A DNA stretch of 64,000 nucleotides from Mobula hypostoma. Taxonomy: Eukaryota. Each line of letters opens with the position of its first letter. Positions within the stretch are counted from its first letter, which is position 1. The stretch covers positions 92,754,001 to 92,818,000 of the forward strand of contig NC_086097.1 of NCBI RefSeq assembly GCF_963921235.1. Direction: 5' to 3'. Below, in pieces: positions 1-13,449 of this stretch. The notes under the pieces were generated by a model. The model ran no database searches, was not told the origin of the DNA, and worked only from the letters and a program-made list of their open reading frames with translations. A program made the translations under genes and the position numbers.

Positions 1-159
1 GGGGAGGATCCCAAGAGGGAGGTGATGGGCGGGCAAGAAGATCTCTCTTTCCCTCTCTCACCTTATCCCCTTCCCTAGCTTATCGCCAGCATCTGCAGAT
101 TTTCTCGTTTGTTATTGATTCTGCTGCCTGAATCTTACCAGCCGTCCCCTTAATTTTGT

Positions 160-990
160 GTTCTCAGCAAACTTTACTAGTTTATTTGATATGTGCTTCT
201 CCACATCGTTAATGTGAATTAAAACAACAGTGGCCCCAAAACCAATCCCTGCGGAACCCCACTTTTAACATCCTCTAGCCACTTCTAACATCTTCTTGGT
301 GTGAAAATAATCCTCTCACCACTAATTCGTGGCTTTCAGTTTTTGAGCCAATTCTGCACCCATTCACACACTTTACTCTGAACCACAACCTCCTGTAATT
401 TGTTATTAACCTCTCATGGGAAACCTTGTCAAGTAAAAGATATCAACCGCTCTATTGTTATCATAAATTTTAGTTGCCTCTTCATGGAACTCCAGCATAT
501 TAGTAAAACATGATTTTCCCTTTCTGAACCCATGCTGGCTTTCTGCTAACATGCCTGCTTTTATCAGCTGCTTTTCCATCTCATTCTTTACTATTGTTTC
601 CGTGATACACATTAAGCTTACTGGTCTATAGTTACCAAAGTCAGTATGATCACCCTTCTTATATACTAGGGCAACGTTAGACCATTTCCAGTTCTTAGGG
701 ATTTCATCAGTCTTCAATGACTTTTGAAAAATACATGTTAGGGGTTTGTATATATAATCATAGACCTCTTTAAGTGCCCTTGGATAAATGCTGTCTGTGC
801 CATGGAGATTTATTAACTTTCAGCCTTTTCAGCTGAAGTAAGACCTCACATTCTAAGGTCTCTAAGTCACTTAAAACAACCTTATTTTTCTCTACACTTC
901 TCTACACTCTACATCTTCACAGGTGAATACTTTAACAAAATATGAGTTAAGAATATCTGCTATATCTTTCTCTACATAATTTAACACCCC
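160..990 (-). mobile_element. CR1-clade LINE fragment (degenerate ORF2 RT region)
   Basis: ORF 406..717(-) reads IPKNWKWSNVALVYKKGD..NYRPVSL..SQHGFRKGKSCFTNMLEF, typical of CR1 RT; the GVPQGLVLGP motif is visible at about 230-260(-). Confidence 0.75.
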
Positions 991-1666
991 ACAGAAGGTT
1001 TTGAAGGACTACAACTTAAGAAGAGTGATATATCAGAAAAACTGCAAGTCTGCAACAATCCAGTGCTTTGGCAGCAATTTCTACAAATTCAGAAACATCT
1101 GTGAAAAGAAAAATATCACTACTTTCACAAAAGAATCCATCATGAAAACCGACACTGAACAATCTCAAATTCCATTGCTTTATCTTTGATTAAGATAAAT
1201 CCCACACCATTTTACCTCTTCTCCCCCTTTACACGTTTCCTTTACTTTTTACCCTTTAGTGATTTACCTTTAATTTAGCATACCTCTACTATTTTGCTTT
1301 CTCTCAACCCCTTCTCCACCCCACCCACAGCAGCATTCTCTCTTTCCCATTCCCACATGGATCACACTTTCTCTCCACCCTTCTCTCTCGCTCTCTCTGC
1401 CATTCACCACACCCCCTTCCCCCACGGCGGCCCCTTCTCCCTCCTCCTCGTGTACAAGTTCTAAAGTAGCACATAGTTCAGGAGGGATGATATCGGAAGA
1501 CAAGGATAAGATCAAGGTTAATACACAGATCAGCAGAATTTGGCACCAGGCGGCAGAATGATGATTGCATTCTTTATGTGGTCAAGTTCATGAAGTTTCA
1601 GTAGAATCACCTGAACGTGATTATCTATCAAGTAGGATTTGTAGGTTCCTCAGGGTGTCAAGAGAC

Positions 1667-2160
1667 GGGGTGGTAGTGGGGATAAGCTCCCACTACCTAT
1701 AAAGTGCTCCAAATGGCATGCATCTCCAACAGCCTCTGACAACCAAGTCCAACTCTTGGAGGACCACTGGCACCTCAAAACCAGTTGCTAGTCAGTCTCG
1801 GACGGCAGCCCATCTATGAGAAGGAAAACTCTGATTTTAAACCTCCGCTGCTTTGCGGCCACACCCACCCATGGGAAAGGCTTCGGATGTAAATCCCAAG
1901 GAAGAAATCCAGAGTCGAGGTCCCTAAGGCAGTTCGATGTTGTTTACAACTTCACTCTGGCAACCTCTGCAATGACACTGGTGCCAAGCTAATCGGTGTT
2001 TGCCCTTCCCTTGGACTACATCAGTGACGTGAAGAGGGGGAACTACATGAACGATAGTTAATTCCTCGAATCTTGCTGCCCAGGCTTGCACCCTGAAGAG
2101 GATGCAGTCCAGCAGAGGCGCAAACCCATAATCTCCTGAGATTGACGGCTGCCTACTACT
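1667..2160 (+). mobile_element. Non-autonomous RTE-related retroelement, copy 1
   Basis: Clearly homologous to 24383-24650 plus 27469-27770. It has a 5' hairpin ggtagtggg/cccactacc, an RTE-5'UTR-like gagaaggaaaactctga motif and a short (cta)n tail. Family assignment is by recall. Confidence 0.5.
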
Positions 2161-3965
2161 AGGATGCGTAGAATGAAAGAGTATGTATTAACATTTCAGT
2201 ACTGAGCATTCTGTTTAGTGCTAGTTTCCATTAAGGATGCTTCATGAAAAATAGCAATACTTTTCTTTTCACATATATTTCTGGGCTCGTAGACAATGCT
2301 GGCAAAGCACTGCATCTGTTGATAATACTTGCCGCTTTCTGAATATTTCACATGAAAGCTTTCAGAGCCCCTTGCAGCACTGCACTATTATCTACAAGAC
2401 CAACAAGCTGGAAGGTAATATTTCTGAAGAAAATTAGCTAAAATGGCCAACTGTTTCTTTGTTATTCAAATCTTATCTCCCTGTGCAGCTCTTTTCGTAT
2501 AACCATAGGAGGGGCGAACTTAACCATACAACATAAAGCATTAGGAAGAATTATATGCATGAGAAAAATATGCTAAACAGGTTGTTAGGTGGAACTTATT
2601 TATAAATATGAATGCGTAAAGGTTGTAAATTGGAGCAGTTTAGAACTACAAAGGAAGCTCATTTGTACAAAAGGCTAGTAATGTTAAAGTGACAAGGTTA
2701 ACCATACAAATGGACATTGCCTTATAAATGATAACAGAAAATGAAGACCTGAAGTTACTGTGTGGTTCAGTTCGTAGACAGTTTTCTGAAGCAATGGAAC
2801 AGGAAACTGAGAATTGGCTCTCTGAAACCTTACACTATGTAGAAAAAATATGATCAATCGGTAATTTCATGGCAAGAAATCCTTGTGGGAAATTAATTAC
2901 AATATGGTTGAATTTTATACACAGTTCAAAAGGAAATTAGATTAGCCAGAAACTAGAGCAAAGAAACCTAACAACGAGGCTCATACTAGCTAGCTAAGAT
3001 AAACAACCTACAAAGTTTGTCAGCAGGCATAAAAAGAATAAATTCTCTGGTGTTCAAGAGACAACATATAAAGTAAAACAGTTTATAACTATGGGAAAAG
3101 GCAGATATGATCAAGGTCTGAAACTATTATTCTATTGAGAAATAAAAACTCCAGAAGACAAGTGATCCATCAGTGGCCAGTGACAGAGATCACGGATAAT
3201 TAGATGATGATGCCTACAACATTGCCAAAAGAATAGCAACACAAATATTCTACCCAGAGGGAAACTGAGATAAGACAAAAAGTCGCATACATACAAAATA
3301 AAACGAGACCATACTGCAGAAATGGCTAAGGCAGCAGCATTGTTTCTACTTAAACCCACCTGTACACGAAAGATTCAGTGGCCCATGTCTTTTCCTCGCC
3401 AGCGAACCAGTCACTGGCTCTCCAAACAAGCCCCAAGCACACTCCTCCACTGGGGAGCTAGCTACTTGCTTATTAGCGAAGCCCAGTGTAAAGGAGACCT
3501 TCCAATCAACACTGGCAACCTCCACCCTTGAAACTGCTTTCCAGAGCCGGCTAAACCCCATCACCAGGCTTCCTGACTACCCAAGACATCAAAGCAAGAA
3601 TTTTATATCTCTGGCATCCACAGATTTTCTGATACCATTCAAAAATACTATTTTTATCATAAAATGAAAACACTTCAACATTGCAGGAAACAACTAAAAT
3701 AAAACATATTTAAATTAACTAAAAGAAAATGAGCTTTCATTTAGCCTTCTCATCCCAGTGATCTTTTTCCCATTAAAATCAATGGACCACCAGAAGTAGC
3801 AGGTATATTTCTCAACCTAGTGTAAGTTTGGATTGCCTTTGCTATAACATCGTGAGGCAAGTGCACTTAAATGCCAATGACATGAGCAAAAGCTTTACTT
3901 CTCAAGCCTCACAGACCCATAGGTAAAACATGCCAATAAAAGTACCAGAAATGGAGGGATACCAG

Positions 3966-4573
3966 CGTAACGCTCAGATCTATCAGCTCGTGTTTATCTA
4001 GAGGAAACCCCATCCGCCTGCCAAACCCTGTCTCACGGTTGTGTCGTTGCTGTGTAATGCCACCTGGTACAAACTCACACATCAAATATCAGACAGCGCA
4101 CAATGTACGATTTACAGATTACACTTTATAAATCTTACTGGAATTATGTAATTAATAGAGATACAATATAAAATGGAAAGTAAAAGGCGCCAGACTTATC
4201 AGAGTTCAACCACTTTGTGCACAATCATTGGAGCTCAATTAACGGGGTCCTCCTTCCACCATTCGATCCCCTCCGACCCCCTCGACTTGTCGCTCGGGAC
4301 CAACCACGGAGGTCGACCAGAGCGCGTCCAGCATGTCCCTCTTCTTCAGGTCTCCTCCCGAAAGCCCGCCAAACCACAAGGTTCCCAGTCATATGAGACA
4401 GAATATCACCCACAAAAAGAATAACATGGACACTCATTGGTTCATTCCCTCTCTTATCAATAATATAACCCAAACAAGCAGAGAGAGCGAGGAGTCCTTA
4501 CATCACAGTTGTTATTACATAAAAGCCATTTTTATTCTAACAGAACAAAGAAGCCATTTTATGAGCCTTCACA
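3966..4573 (-). mobile_element. Possible solo LTR
   Basis: About 600-bp CpG-richer block. The minus strand starts TGTGAAGG and ends ...GTTACG (a possible decayed ...GTTACA). No clean TSD found. Confidence 0.3.
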
Positions 4574-4880
4574 GTGAAGGCTTGAGAGTAATTAATATCA
4601 ATGCAGAGAAAATACTGGAAAATTGAAAGAACTACAACTCAAATCCTCTGGAACATAATGCGTGCCAAGATTCTCATACAAGTGGCGGCAAAGGTCGTGA
4701 ATACATTAATATATTTTATCGTTCACTTTGATCATCACCCTGTGGACCAACATGCAACAAATCGCTCTTTATGAAAGGAGGAAGAAAAATAGAGTAAACT
4801 GCAGAGCAATCAGCCTGAAATCTGTCAGCAAAACGCTGAATATATTATGAAGGCCATAGATATAAAATCCTAATGTAGAC

Positions 4881-4961
4881 CAGGGCTTCCCATCCTTTTT
4901 TTTTGCCATGGACTCCTTTGATTAACTAAGGGATCCATGGACCCCAGGTTGGGAACCCATG
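4881..4961. mobile_element. hAT (Charlie-like) MITE, 81 bp
   Basis: TIRs cagggcttccca../..tgggaacccatg, with a perfect 8-bp TSD atgtagac at 4873-4880 and 4962-4969. Confidence 0.8.
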
Positions 4962-6732
4962 ATGTAGACAGTTCTATGATGGAAAGACAGTGTTGACAAA
5001 ACCTATTATTGATTTTTTGAAACTGTAAGCAGAAGAGATAAGGAGCAATATAACAAGGCAAACAAGTATCTGAGGGGGTGGGAGAGCAGCTGTGCAGAGG
5101 TGTTTAGAACTAAGAGACGTATTCTCAGGGTAAGAGGTGAGCAATTTAAGACAGAGGTGAGAAAATCCTTTATGCAGAGACTCTGGAGTTCTCTACTCAG
5201 TCATGATTATATTCAAGGATGAGATAGGTGGATCTTTAGATAGTAAGAGAATTATGAGGATACAGGAATCATGAAAGAGACCTGAGGTACAGTACCAGTA
5301 CAAGCAAGCACAGATACTTTTAAGGAGAAAGATTAAATCGAGAAGCGTGGAAGGTGGGATGTCAATCCAACCAAAGCCCATTGGCCTTTAGGTCTCTTGC
5401 TGGTCCTAATATTGTTGTATTGCACTGCCCATCTACAGAAGGTTGGAAGAGCCTTCTCTCATGGATCCCAGGACTGATCCAATGCTCAGTATTGGGTGAC
5501 TGTTCTGAACTGAACCTGTCTTGTGCTGTGGTTGCCAAGGTAAATCAGCAGAGCCACAGTATTCATTAGAAGTCTGCGTCCAACACAAAAACTGGGTCCA
5601 ACACAGATGCACAGCTGACATTTTCCATCATGACAGAAACACTTCCAGGCTTTTACTCAAGCCAAATTGTGCACATTTTTAGTCTCCCTACATAAGGAGG
5701 GAAGCAACACTTAAAACATCCACATTTAAATTAGGCAGTCATTAGCATGGGTAACATAGCAGGAAATAATTAACAATTATTAAGTAATTAACAATAATAT
5801 CAGTTTCAGTGGCCAATGACAGCAATTTTGCTCTGCTTATTTAAAGCTAAACAGCTGGAGGATGCTGTGCCCATAGAGTTGTACAGCATGCGAAAAAAAT
5901 TCTCCACCTGATTGTAGAAGTGAAACTAAAGTCTGGGTATTGGGAGTAAATCAAATCAAGTTTAATTATCATTCAAACCATACATCGATACAGCCAAATG
6001 AGACAGCATTCCTCTGGAGCCAAGGTGTATCCAATACACAATAGTCGAGCAATCGGCTTGACCAGCACTAACAGAGTCCCTGAGATGCCAGGTTATCAGT
6101 TTTATTATAATACTTTGATAGTCAGGCAATATAGATCAACTTGAATTATCCCAGGTTTCTAATAACCATAAACTTATCAGAACAAAACCAGAAAGTGTTT
6201 ATCAAAGTTTATGATTGGAACAAAAAATGATAGGACAAATGGAGAGAACTTACAATTGCAAACTGGAAATCTTTTAAGAAACAATTTCCAATGTATAAAC
6301 ATTAAAATCTTTAACTTCACACAAAAAGGTGTAGATGTTTCCTTTTTCTTTTTCCTACTCTATCTCTGCTACATCATCGATCTGCACCTCCTCCTCACTC
6401 TCACAATGGCAGCTGATGCTAGTTTGTTGACCTAAATCTATGACGAATAGCTACTTGTTCAAACATAAACCAAAGTAGGAGACAAAAGGATGATCACAAG
6501 TGGTGCACTTTAAGAGGGGTCCTTAAGGATGTGGCATGGTAAGGGTCTTTACAGGGAATTCAAGAACTTGAGGCCAGGCAGAGAAAGGTTCAACTTCCAA
6601 AGGAAGGACTGAGGGATATGTGCATCAGGACAGAAACAAAATGCGAGAGAGCTTTGTAGCAATATGGTTGAACAGATAATTCAGCACAGAGACCAGTCAA
6701 GGGAACTTAAATTCAATTCTCAATGATAAAAC

Positions 6733-6930
6733 CTTAAGACATAGGAGCAGAAATAGGCCATCTGGCCCATCGAGTCTGCTCGGCCATTCAATCATGGCTG
6801 ATCCTTTTTCTCCATCTCCTCCTCAACCCCAGTTCCCGGCCTTCTCCCCGCAACCTTTGATGCCATGTCCAATCAAGAACATATCAATCTCTGCCTTAAA
6901 TACGTCCAACAACCTGGCCTCCACAAATTC
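6733..6930 (-). mobile_element. CR1/HER1-type LINE 3' tail fragment
   Basis: Reverse complement of the tail seen at about 30900-31080 and 27190-27278 (ggatcagccatgattgaatggc..ctgctcctatgtctt). Confidence 0.7.
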
Positions 6931-7330
6931 CACAAATAATGTCCTTTGCTCTGAATCTTTCAACCAAGCAAGATACCAACCAGACCCTCAAGCCCAAGGC
7001 AGCATATCAAATGATTTATCCAACTATTCACATTAACTCTCCATCCTCTTCTTTCCTTACAGTTTAACAATTTGCTCCAAGCCAAATCCTTTTCGAAAAT
7101 GACTACCAGTCTTGCTTATTCCAGCCTTTCAGGAAATGCATTATTGATCTAATTAATCTACTACAGAAAAGAATTATCATCCCTCCGACTCCTGTGTCAA
7201 TTACCTTGAAATTATTTGCTAGCTGCCAATGGCCACCCTGGCAATGAAAACAGTGCCTTCATTTTTAATTTATTAAAATCTCTTATGATTTTGACCACTT
7301 CCATTAAATCTCACACACAGAGCATTTTAC

Positions 7331-7516
7331 CTGTAATTTCTTCATTCATTGGATCGTCCTTGGATGAATTGGACTGCAGTTCTGCCTCCAAGTGAGAATC
7401 ACTTTGCTTATCCTCATAGTTGTTTTCTGTTCCTTGTCTTTCGGTTTTATTCCTGGAGGCTTCAATGTAGCTTTTCCCTGATCTTCTTGATTTTAGAAAA
7501 GCAATCAAACTTGGGT
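7331..7516 (-). CDS. RPAP1: RNA polymerase II-associated protein 1, coding exon 6 (DPSLIAFLKSRR...NEEIT)
   Basis: AG/GT boundaries (ttaactag|accc; acag|gtaaaa), 186 nt, phase 1-1, continues the upstream exon in frame. Matches the RPAP1 motif L-DPSLVAFLRS. Confidence 0.85.
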
Positions 7517-7944
7517 CTAGTTAAACAGGAAATTTGAAGGGTGTTTAGCAAAGTTAGCAGAAATAGAGAAAAAAAATTGTTAGTATAATTGGTGGAAAGA
7601 ACAAACCATTATTAGATTTTCTAAAGCATCATCCAAATGTTATCAAATGGATTCACGTCAAGATTTCCACCCTGATGCTAAAACTCCTCAAGAGCAGCAC
7701 ATCAACGTAAAAGGTCCATTAATGTAACATTACCAAAATGCACACATTAATTTATAAATTACACCAGCCTGCAAGATGCAGATACCAATGTCCAGTCCCA
7801 GCAATTAATACATGGCACCAATTTACAACAGCTATCCTTGATTAAATCACACCACCTGCACTCACCATCACTGCAGCAGCTCACACCAACATTCACAGTC
7901 CATCTATGCATAGCATTGACTCTCAACATCCATCAATGTTTTTT

Positions 7945-8477
7945 TTAAATGCCTTTGAACGAAAAATCTTACAAAAGGTAGCGGATTTACCCCAGTACAT
8001 CACAGCTGAAGCCCCGCCAACCATTGAGGACATCTACATGAAACGTAGGAAAGTAGCATCCATCACCAGAGATCCCCACCAATCAGGTCAAGCTCTCTTC
8101 TCGTTGCTGCCATCAGGGAGAAGGTGCATAAGCCTTAGGACTCGTAACACCAGTTACTACCTCACAACCATCAGGCTCTTGAACAAAAGGGGATAACTAC
8201 ACTCAGTTGCCCATCCATTGAGATGTTCCTATAACCAATGATCTCACTTCAAAGATTCTTTATCTTGTTATTTCATGTTCTCATTCTTTATTGCTATTTA
8301 ATTATATTTGCATTTTCACAGCTTGTTGCCTCCTGCACTCTGGTTGATCTTTCATTGATCCTGTTATAGTTACTATTCTAGAGATTTTCTAAGTGTGCCC
8401 ACAGGAAAATGAATCTCACGGTTGTATATGATGACATATATGTACTTTGATAATAAAATTTACTTTGAACTTTGAAC
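7945..8477 (+). mobile_element. Rex1/Babar LINE 3' end
   Basis: C-terminal motif DPHQSGQALFSLLPSGRR..TIRLLNK, followed by a 3'UTR and a (tttgaac)n tail. Confidence 0.75.
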
Positions 8478-8790
8478 TCCTGGAACCCATCAATGACCAT
8501 GAGCATCACAAAATTTAATATAAGCTTCAGGGAAAACTATGGGTGCATTTTAATTTTTTACTGGATTAGTTTGTAAATATACCTTTGAGATATTCAAACA
8601 AATATCTAATGATTTGACAATTAATTCCAAGATATCTAAAGTTCTTCTTGGAACAGTACTGACGCTGAGAGCCCTGTTGGCAGCCGATGGAGTAGCATCG
8701 TTTTAGATTGCTCCTACCCTGTTTACTTATTTGTCTCCTACCAGTCTTTTTTTTTGAAACCCTATTATAATACTTTAATACTGTTTTACT

Positions 8791-9633
8791 ATGGCTGGGA
8801 AAAGAACCAAAGCGTCTGCAAAAGAAAAAGGAACAGAAGATGAATCCCCAGTCACTTTGGATTCAATCAGTGACTTCCTTAAACGGCAAAAATCGGAATT
8901 TTCTGAGGAGTTTCAACGACTTAACGGCAAATTGGATACAATTCAACAAACTTTATCTGAGCATGAGAACCGAATTCAGGAAAATACTGCGAAGCTGATG
9001 ACACTTGAAGAGGACATTGATGATACAATTAAACTCTGCAAAGAGTTATCTTTATCCAATGATAAAATGCTGAAAAGGATCATCAGTCTTGAAAATAGAA
9101 ACAGGAGAAATAACTTGCAAATTCTGGGTCTTGAAGAATCAATTGAAGGCACTGACCCTACGAAGTTTTTTGCAAACTTTCTGAAACAGCTTTTCCCTGC
9201 TTTATTCACTTCCGAGCCGAAGCTCGATCGAGCATATCACTCTTCAACTTCGAAGCCATTGTCGGCGGTGGTGAAACCCAGGTCGGTCATACTAAGCTTT
9301 CATAAATTTCATATTAAGGACCTTTTAATTCACTATACCCGTCGACAAGGAATGATCGATTTCCAAAATTACAAGGTTAAATTTGTGGAAGACTATTCAA
9401 CTGAAGTTATGGCTGATCGCAGGAAGTATAAAGAAGTTATGTCGGAATTTTACAATAAAGGATATAAACCATCCCTTTGGTTCCCTGCCCGTCTGAGTAT
9501 TGTTTTGAACGGATTGCAAAAAGGAATAAAGTCGGTTGAAGAAGCAAAAGAGTTTCTGAAGGATGAAGTCTCAATACCGTTATATTTCTTATTTGATCAA
9601 GCTTTTTCTTCTGTTAATATGAATTTGAAATAA
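8791..9633 (+). CDS. L1 ORF1 protein (coiled coil + RRM + CTD), 280 aa
   Basis: Heptad-rich N-terminus, then LENRNRRNNLQILGLEE, LDRAYH, KPRSVILSF, FVEDYS and LWFPARL, all L1 ORF1p hallmarks. Confidence 0.85.
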   Translation: MAGKRTKASAKEKGTEDESPVTLDSISDFLKRQKSEFSEEFQRLNGKLDTIQQTLSEHENRIQENTAKLMTLEEDIDDTIKLCKELSLSNDKMLKRIISLENRNRRNNLQILGLEESIEGTDPTKFFANFLKQLFPALFTSEPKLDRAYHSSTSKPLSAVVKPRSVILSFHKFHIKDLLIHYTRRQGMIDFQNYKVKFVEDYSTEVMADRRKYKEVMSEFYNKGYKPSLWFPARLSIVLNGLQKGIKSVEEAKEFLKDEVSIPLYFLFDQAFSSVNMNLK

Positions 9634-10080
9634 GGTTTCATTAAGTTTATGTTTTGGCTGTTCATATATTGTCTTTTGTTATTTTTTTTTGGTATCTCTT
9701 TTTTTTAATCCCTTTTTGAGGCGTTATTTTAATACAGCTTTCTCTGAATTTGTTTAAACTGATCCTTTCATATTTTCGAATACCGGGTTATTTTTCTTTT
9801 TATGTTGTGTCTTGGTAGGGACATAATGACCTTGTAGGATCGGAGTTTTTTTCTGTCAACAGGATTTTTATGGGGGGGGAGCTTAGTTCTTAGCTCGCTG
9901 ACTGTCTACTGGTCAGCTTTCTCGCTCTGGGTGGGGGAGGGGGTAGGGCCTATTTTTCTCTGGGAGCTGTGCTGGGTTGAATATATGTTTGTTTGTTTGA
10001 ATACCTTACCTTACGGTTTGCTTCCTAGTTTTAGTAACTTATGGCCAGATCTTCTAATTACACGTTGTTTGGTATTAAAA

Positions 10081-13000
10081 ATGGTTCGAAATGTTAACTT
10101 ATTTAGTTTGGATGTGAAAGGGCTGAATCACCCCATCAAAAAGAACAAAGTGTTTGCTTATATTAAAAAATTAAAAGCACCCATTATTTTCTTACAAGAA
10201 ACGCTTATACGCAGCTGTGATAGCTTAGGTTTTTTTTTACTCAGAGGAAGGGTATGCAGTTCCATTCTTCGTTTAATGCAAAATCATGTGGAGTTTCGAT
10301 TTTTGTAGATAATACAATTTCCTTTGTTCAGCATAAAGTTGTTTCAGACCCTAATGGTCGATTTGTTATTGTATCAGGGAGTTTAGACAGTAAACTGATT
10401 GTTTTTGCTAATGTATATGCCCCCCAATGTAGATGATCCAGGATTTTTTGAACGGCTATTTTCATTTTTGCCAGATTTGTGCACTTACTCCCTTATGATG
10501 GGAGGAGATTTTAACTGCTGGTTAGATCCAGTATTAGATCGCTCATCTATTAAACCAGCCACACTTAATAAATCAGCTTTGCTTATCCAATCTTTTCTAA
10601 CTAAATGTGGTATAGTTGATACTTGGCGTTTTCTCTATCTAACGGACAGGGAGTATTCTTTTTTCTCTCATGTTCATTGTTTTTACACCAGGATTGACTT
10701 TTTTTTAAATTAATAGTCAAATGATTCTATTAGTTCGATTGATTGAATATAAAGAGATTGCTATTTCTGACCACTTTCCTGTACTTTTATCTTTAAATCT
10801 TCCTGGTCCTATCCCCATGAGTAGATTTTGGCGATTTAATTTAACTTTGTTATCTGATGAGGACTTTTAAAAATTTATGGAGAATCAAATTACTCTTTTT
10901 TTTTGAAGAAAATACGTTGCAAGAGACGTCGAGTCTTATTATATGGGATACTTTTACAGCATATATCCGGGTCAAGTTATTTCTTATACTGCAAACATCA
11001 TTAAAAAAGCTAACAAAAAGAGAAATGAACTAGCCAATCAGTTAAAACAGCTGAACCATAAATATGCTTCAGTACCTGATCCTGAAACATATAAGAGACG
11101 TATTGAAACTAAAACTAAATATGATCTTCTTTTAACGTATCCAATTGAAAGCCAACTTTTCAAAGATAGAAGTCAATTTTATATTCATGGAAATAAAACT
11201 GGTAAGCTACTGACTAATCAATTGAAGCCATTTACAGCCGAGCGGCTAATTAAAGAAATACGTAAAATTAATGGGGACATGAAAACTGACCGCCTTAAAA
11301 TTAATGACACTTTTAGGGAATTTTATTCTAAATTGTATAGTTCTGACTCTGTTAATGATACTATTACAATGATTTTTTTAGATCGATTAAATATTCCTAA
11401 TCTTCTGTTAGATGATTGTAGGCAATTGGATCAACCCATTTCCCAGGAGGAAATTGCTCAGGCTATTCGAGAATTGCATTCTGGGAAATCCCCAGGACCT
11501 GATGGATTCTCTGGAGAGTTTTATAAGGCTTTTTCCTCCTTGCTTATACCACACTTATGTTCTACCCTTACAGATTCTTTTAAGGTAGGAAGATCACCGC
11601 AGTCTTTTTACGAAGCCTCCATTTCGCTCATTCTCAAAAAGAATAAGAATCTTACTGAATGTTTTTTGTATAGATCCATCTCTGTACTCAATTTTGATAC
11701 TAAAATTTTATCTGAAGTGTTGGCTCACAGACTTGAAAATATTATATCTTCTATAGTTTCAGATGATCAGACAGGATTCATTAAAAATCAATATTTCCAT
11801 TTTAATATACGGCGTTCGTTAAATGTTATGTACTCTCCATCTAAGGAAATATCGGAATGTATGATATCTTTGGATGCGGAGAAGGCTTTTGACAGAGTTG
11901 AATGGAACTTTCTCTTTACATGCTCAGAAAAATTTAATTTTGGACCTAATTTTATTTATTGGATTAAATTACTTTATTTATCTCCCTCCACTCAGGTTCT
12001 TACTAATTTTCAGAATTCTAGACCCTTTAAACTCCAATGTGGAACTAGACAAGGTTGCCCTTTGAGCCCTCTGCTTTTTATTTGGTATTAGTATTTAATT
12101 GGTATTAATTTTGTATTTAATTGGTCACCTCTCTCTTTATCACAGATTGGCCGAATCAATTCTAATAAAATGAATATCTTACCTAAATTTATATACTTTT
12201 TTCAAGCTGTGCCTGTTTTTATTCCTAAATCTTTTTTTGACTCTTTGGATTCAATTCTTTCTTCCTATATATGGAAGAATAAAAAACCTCATATAAATAA
12301 AGCTCACCTTCAAAAAACCAAACAAAATGGAGGATTTGTCTTACCCAATTTTAGGTTATATTATTGGGCAATTAATATACGTAATATTACATTCTGGATC
12401 TATTACATTAACCGTGAGAATTGCCCTACATGGGTTTCTCTGGAAGTCAACTCTGTTATAAAATTTTCCATTATTTCTTTACTTGGATCTTCGCTTCCTT
12501 TATCTTTAAATAAACTAATTGACAATGTGGTGGTTAAACATACATTGAGGATTTGGTTATAGTTTAGAAAACATTTCAGTTTATTGAGATTCTCCCTCTC
12601 AAGTCCCATCTTTTCTAATTGTTTTTTTTAAACCATTTTTAATTGACTTATCTTTTAAAGAATGGGATAGATTGGGTATTAAACAGTTTCAGGATTTGTT
12701 TGATGGAGGGAATCTCTCTTCTTTTGTGCAACTTTCAACGAAATTTAACCTTTCCAACACTCACTTTTTTCGACACTTACTGATTAGAGATTTTTTAAGA
12801 TCTCAATTACTTACATTTCCTACAAGACCAGATAAGAATACAATAGATACAATTTTTAATCTGAAACCCTTTGATAACAGTTCAATATCTTACATTTAGG
12901 GTCTACTGTTGGGACTGAAAAAGGACTCTTTAGATAAAATTAAAGGAGATTGGGAGAAGGATTTGCAGATTTTCATATCTGATGAGAGCTGGAAGATTAT

Positions 13001-13449
13001 TTTAAAATTGATTAATTCTTCATCATTATGTGCTCATCATTCTTTATTACAATTCAAAGTGGTACATAGAGTTCAGATGTCTAAAGACAAGCTTTCCCAT
13101 TTCAAAACAGATATTTCCCCTTACTGTGATAGATGTACTAATGGAGTGGCCACATCTAACTCATATGTTTTGGATATGTCCGAGCCTTGAAAAATTCTGG
13201 AAAGATGTATTTCAAACTTTTTCTGCACTTTTCAATGTCAGCTTTAAGCCCAATCCTTTGACTGCCTTGTTTGGTATTGTTGAGGATAGTGCTATAAAAT
13301 TGAAGCCATCTAATTTGCGGGTATTGGCCTTTATGTCTCTTATGGCCAGGAGGGCGATTTTGCTCAAGTGGAAGGAGGCTGCCCCGCCCACGCATGTTCA
13401 ATGGCTATCTGACGTTATGTTGTGCCTTGAGCTAGGGAAGATTCATTGT
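10081..13449 (+). pseudogene. L1 ORF2 (EN-RT), frameshifted and internally deleted
   Basis: Broken into ORFs 9931..10308, 10254..10436, 10399..10713, 10943..12091, 12170..12562 and others; the YADD region is missing. Confidence 0.85.

Larger units (their letters stand above)
8665..13449 (+). mobile_element. L1-clade LINE, family A (ORF1 plus decayed ORF2), 3' end replaced by a Penelope insertion
   Basis: L1 ORF1, APE endonuclease (NVKGLN-like, FLQET, NVYAPN, GGDFN, TRIDFF), RT (KSPGPDG, SLDAEKAFDRVEW, GTRQGCPLSPLLF) and C-terminal CDRC..HMFWxC. Confidence 0.9.

Noticed and set aside
6350..6432. Possible extra RPAP1 exon (GQQTSISCHCESEEEVQIDD..) on the minus strand
   Set aside because: Weak acceptor, no convincing in-phase donor before the stop, and no recognisable RPAP1 motif. 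The next conserved exons appear to lie left of the window.
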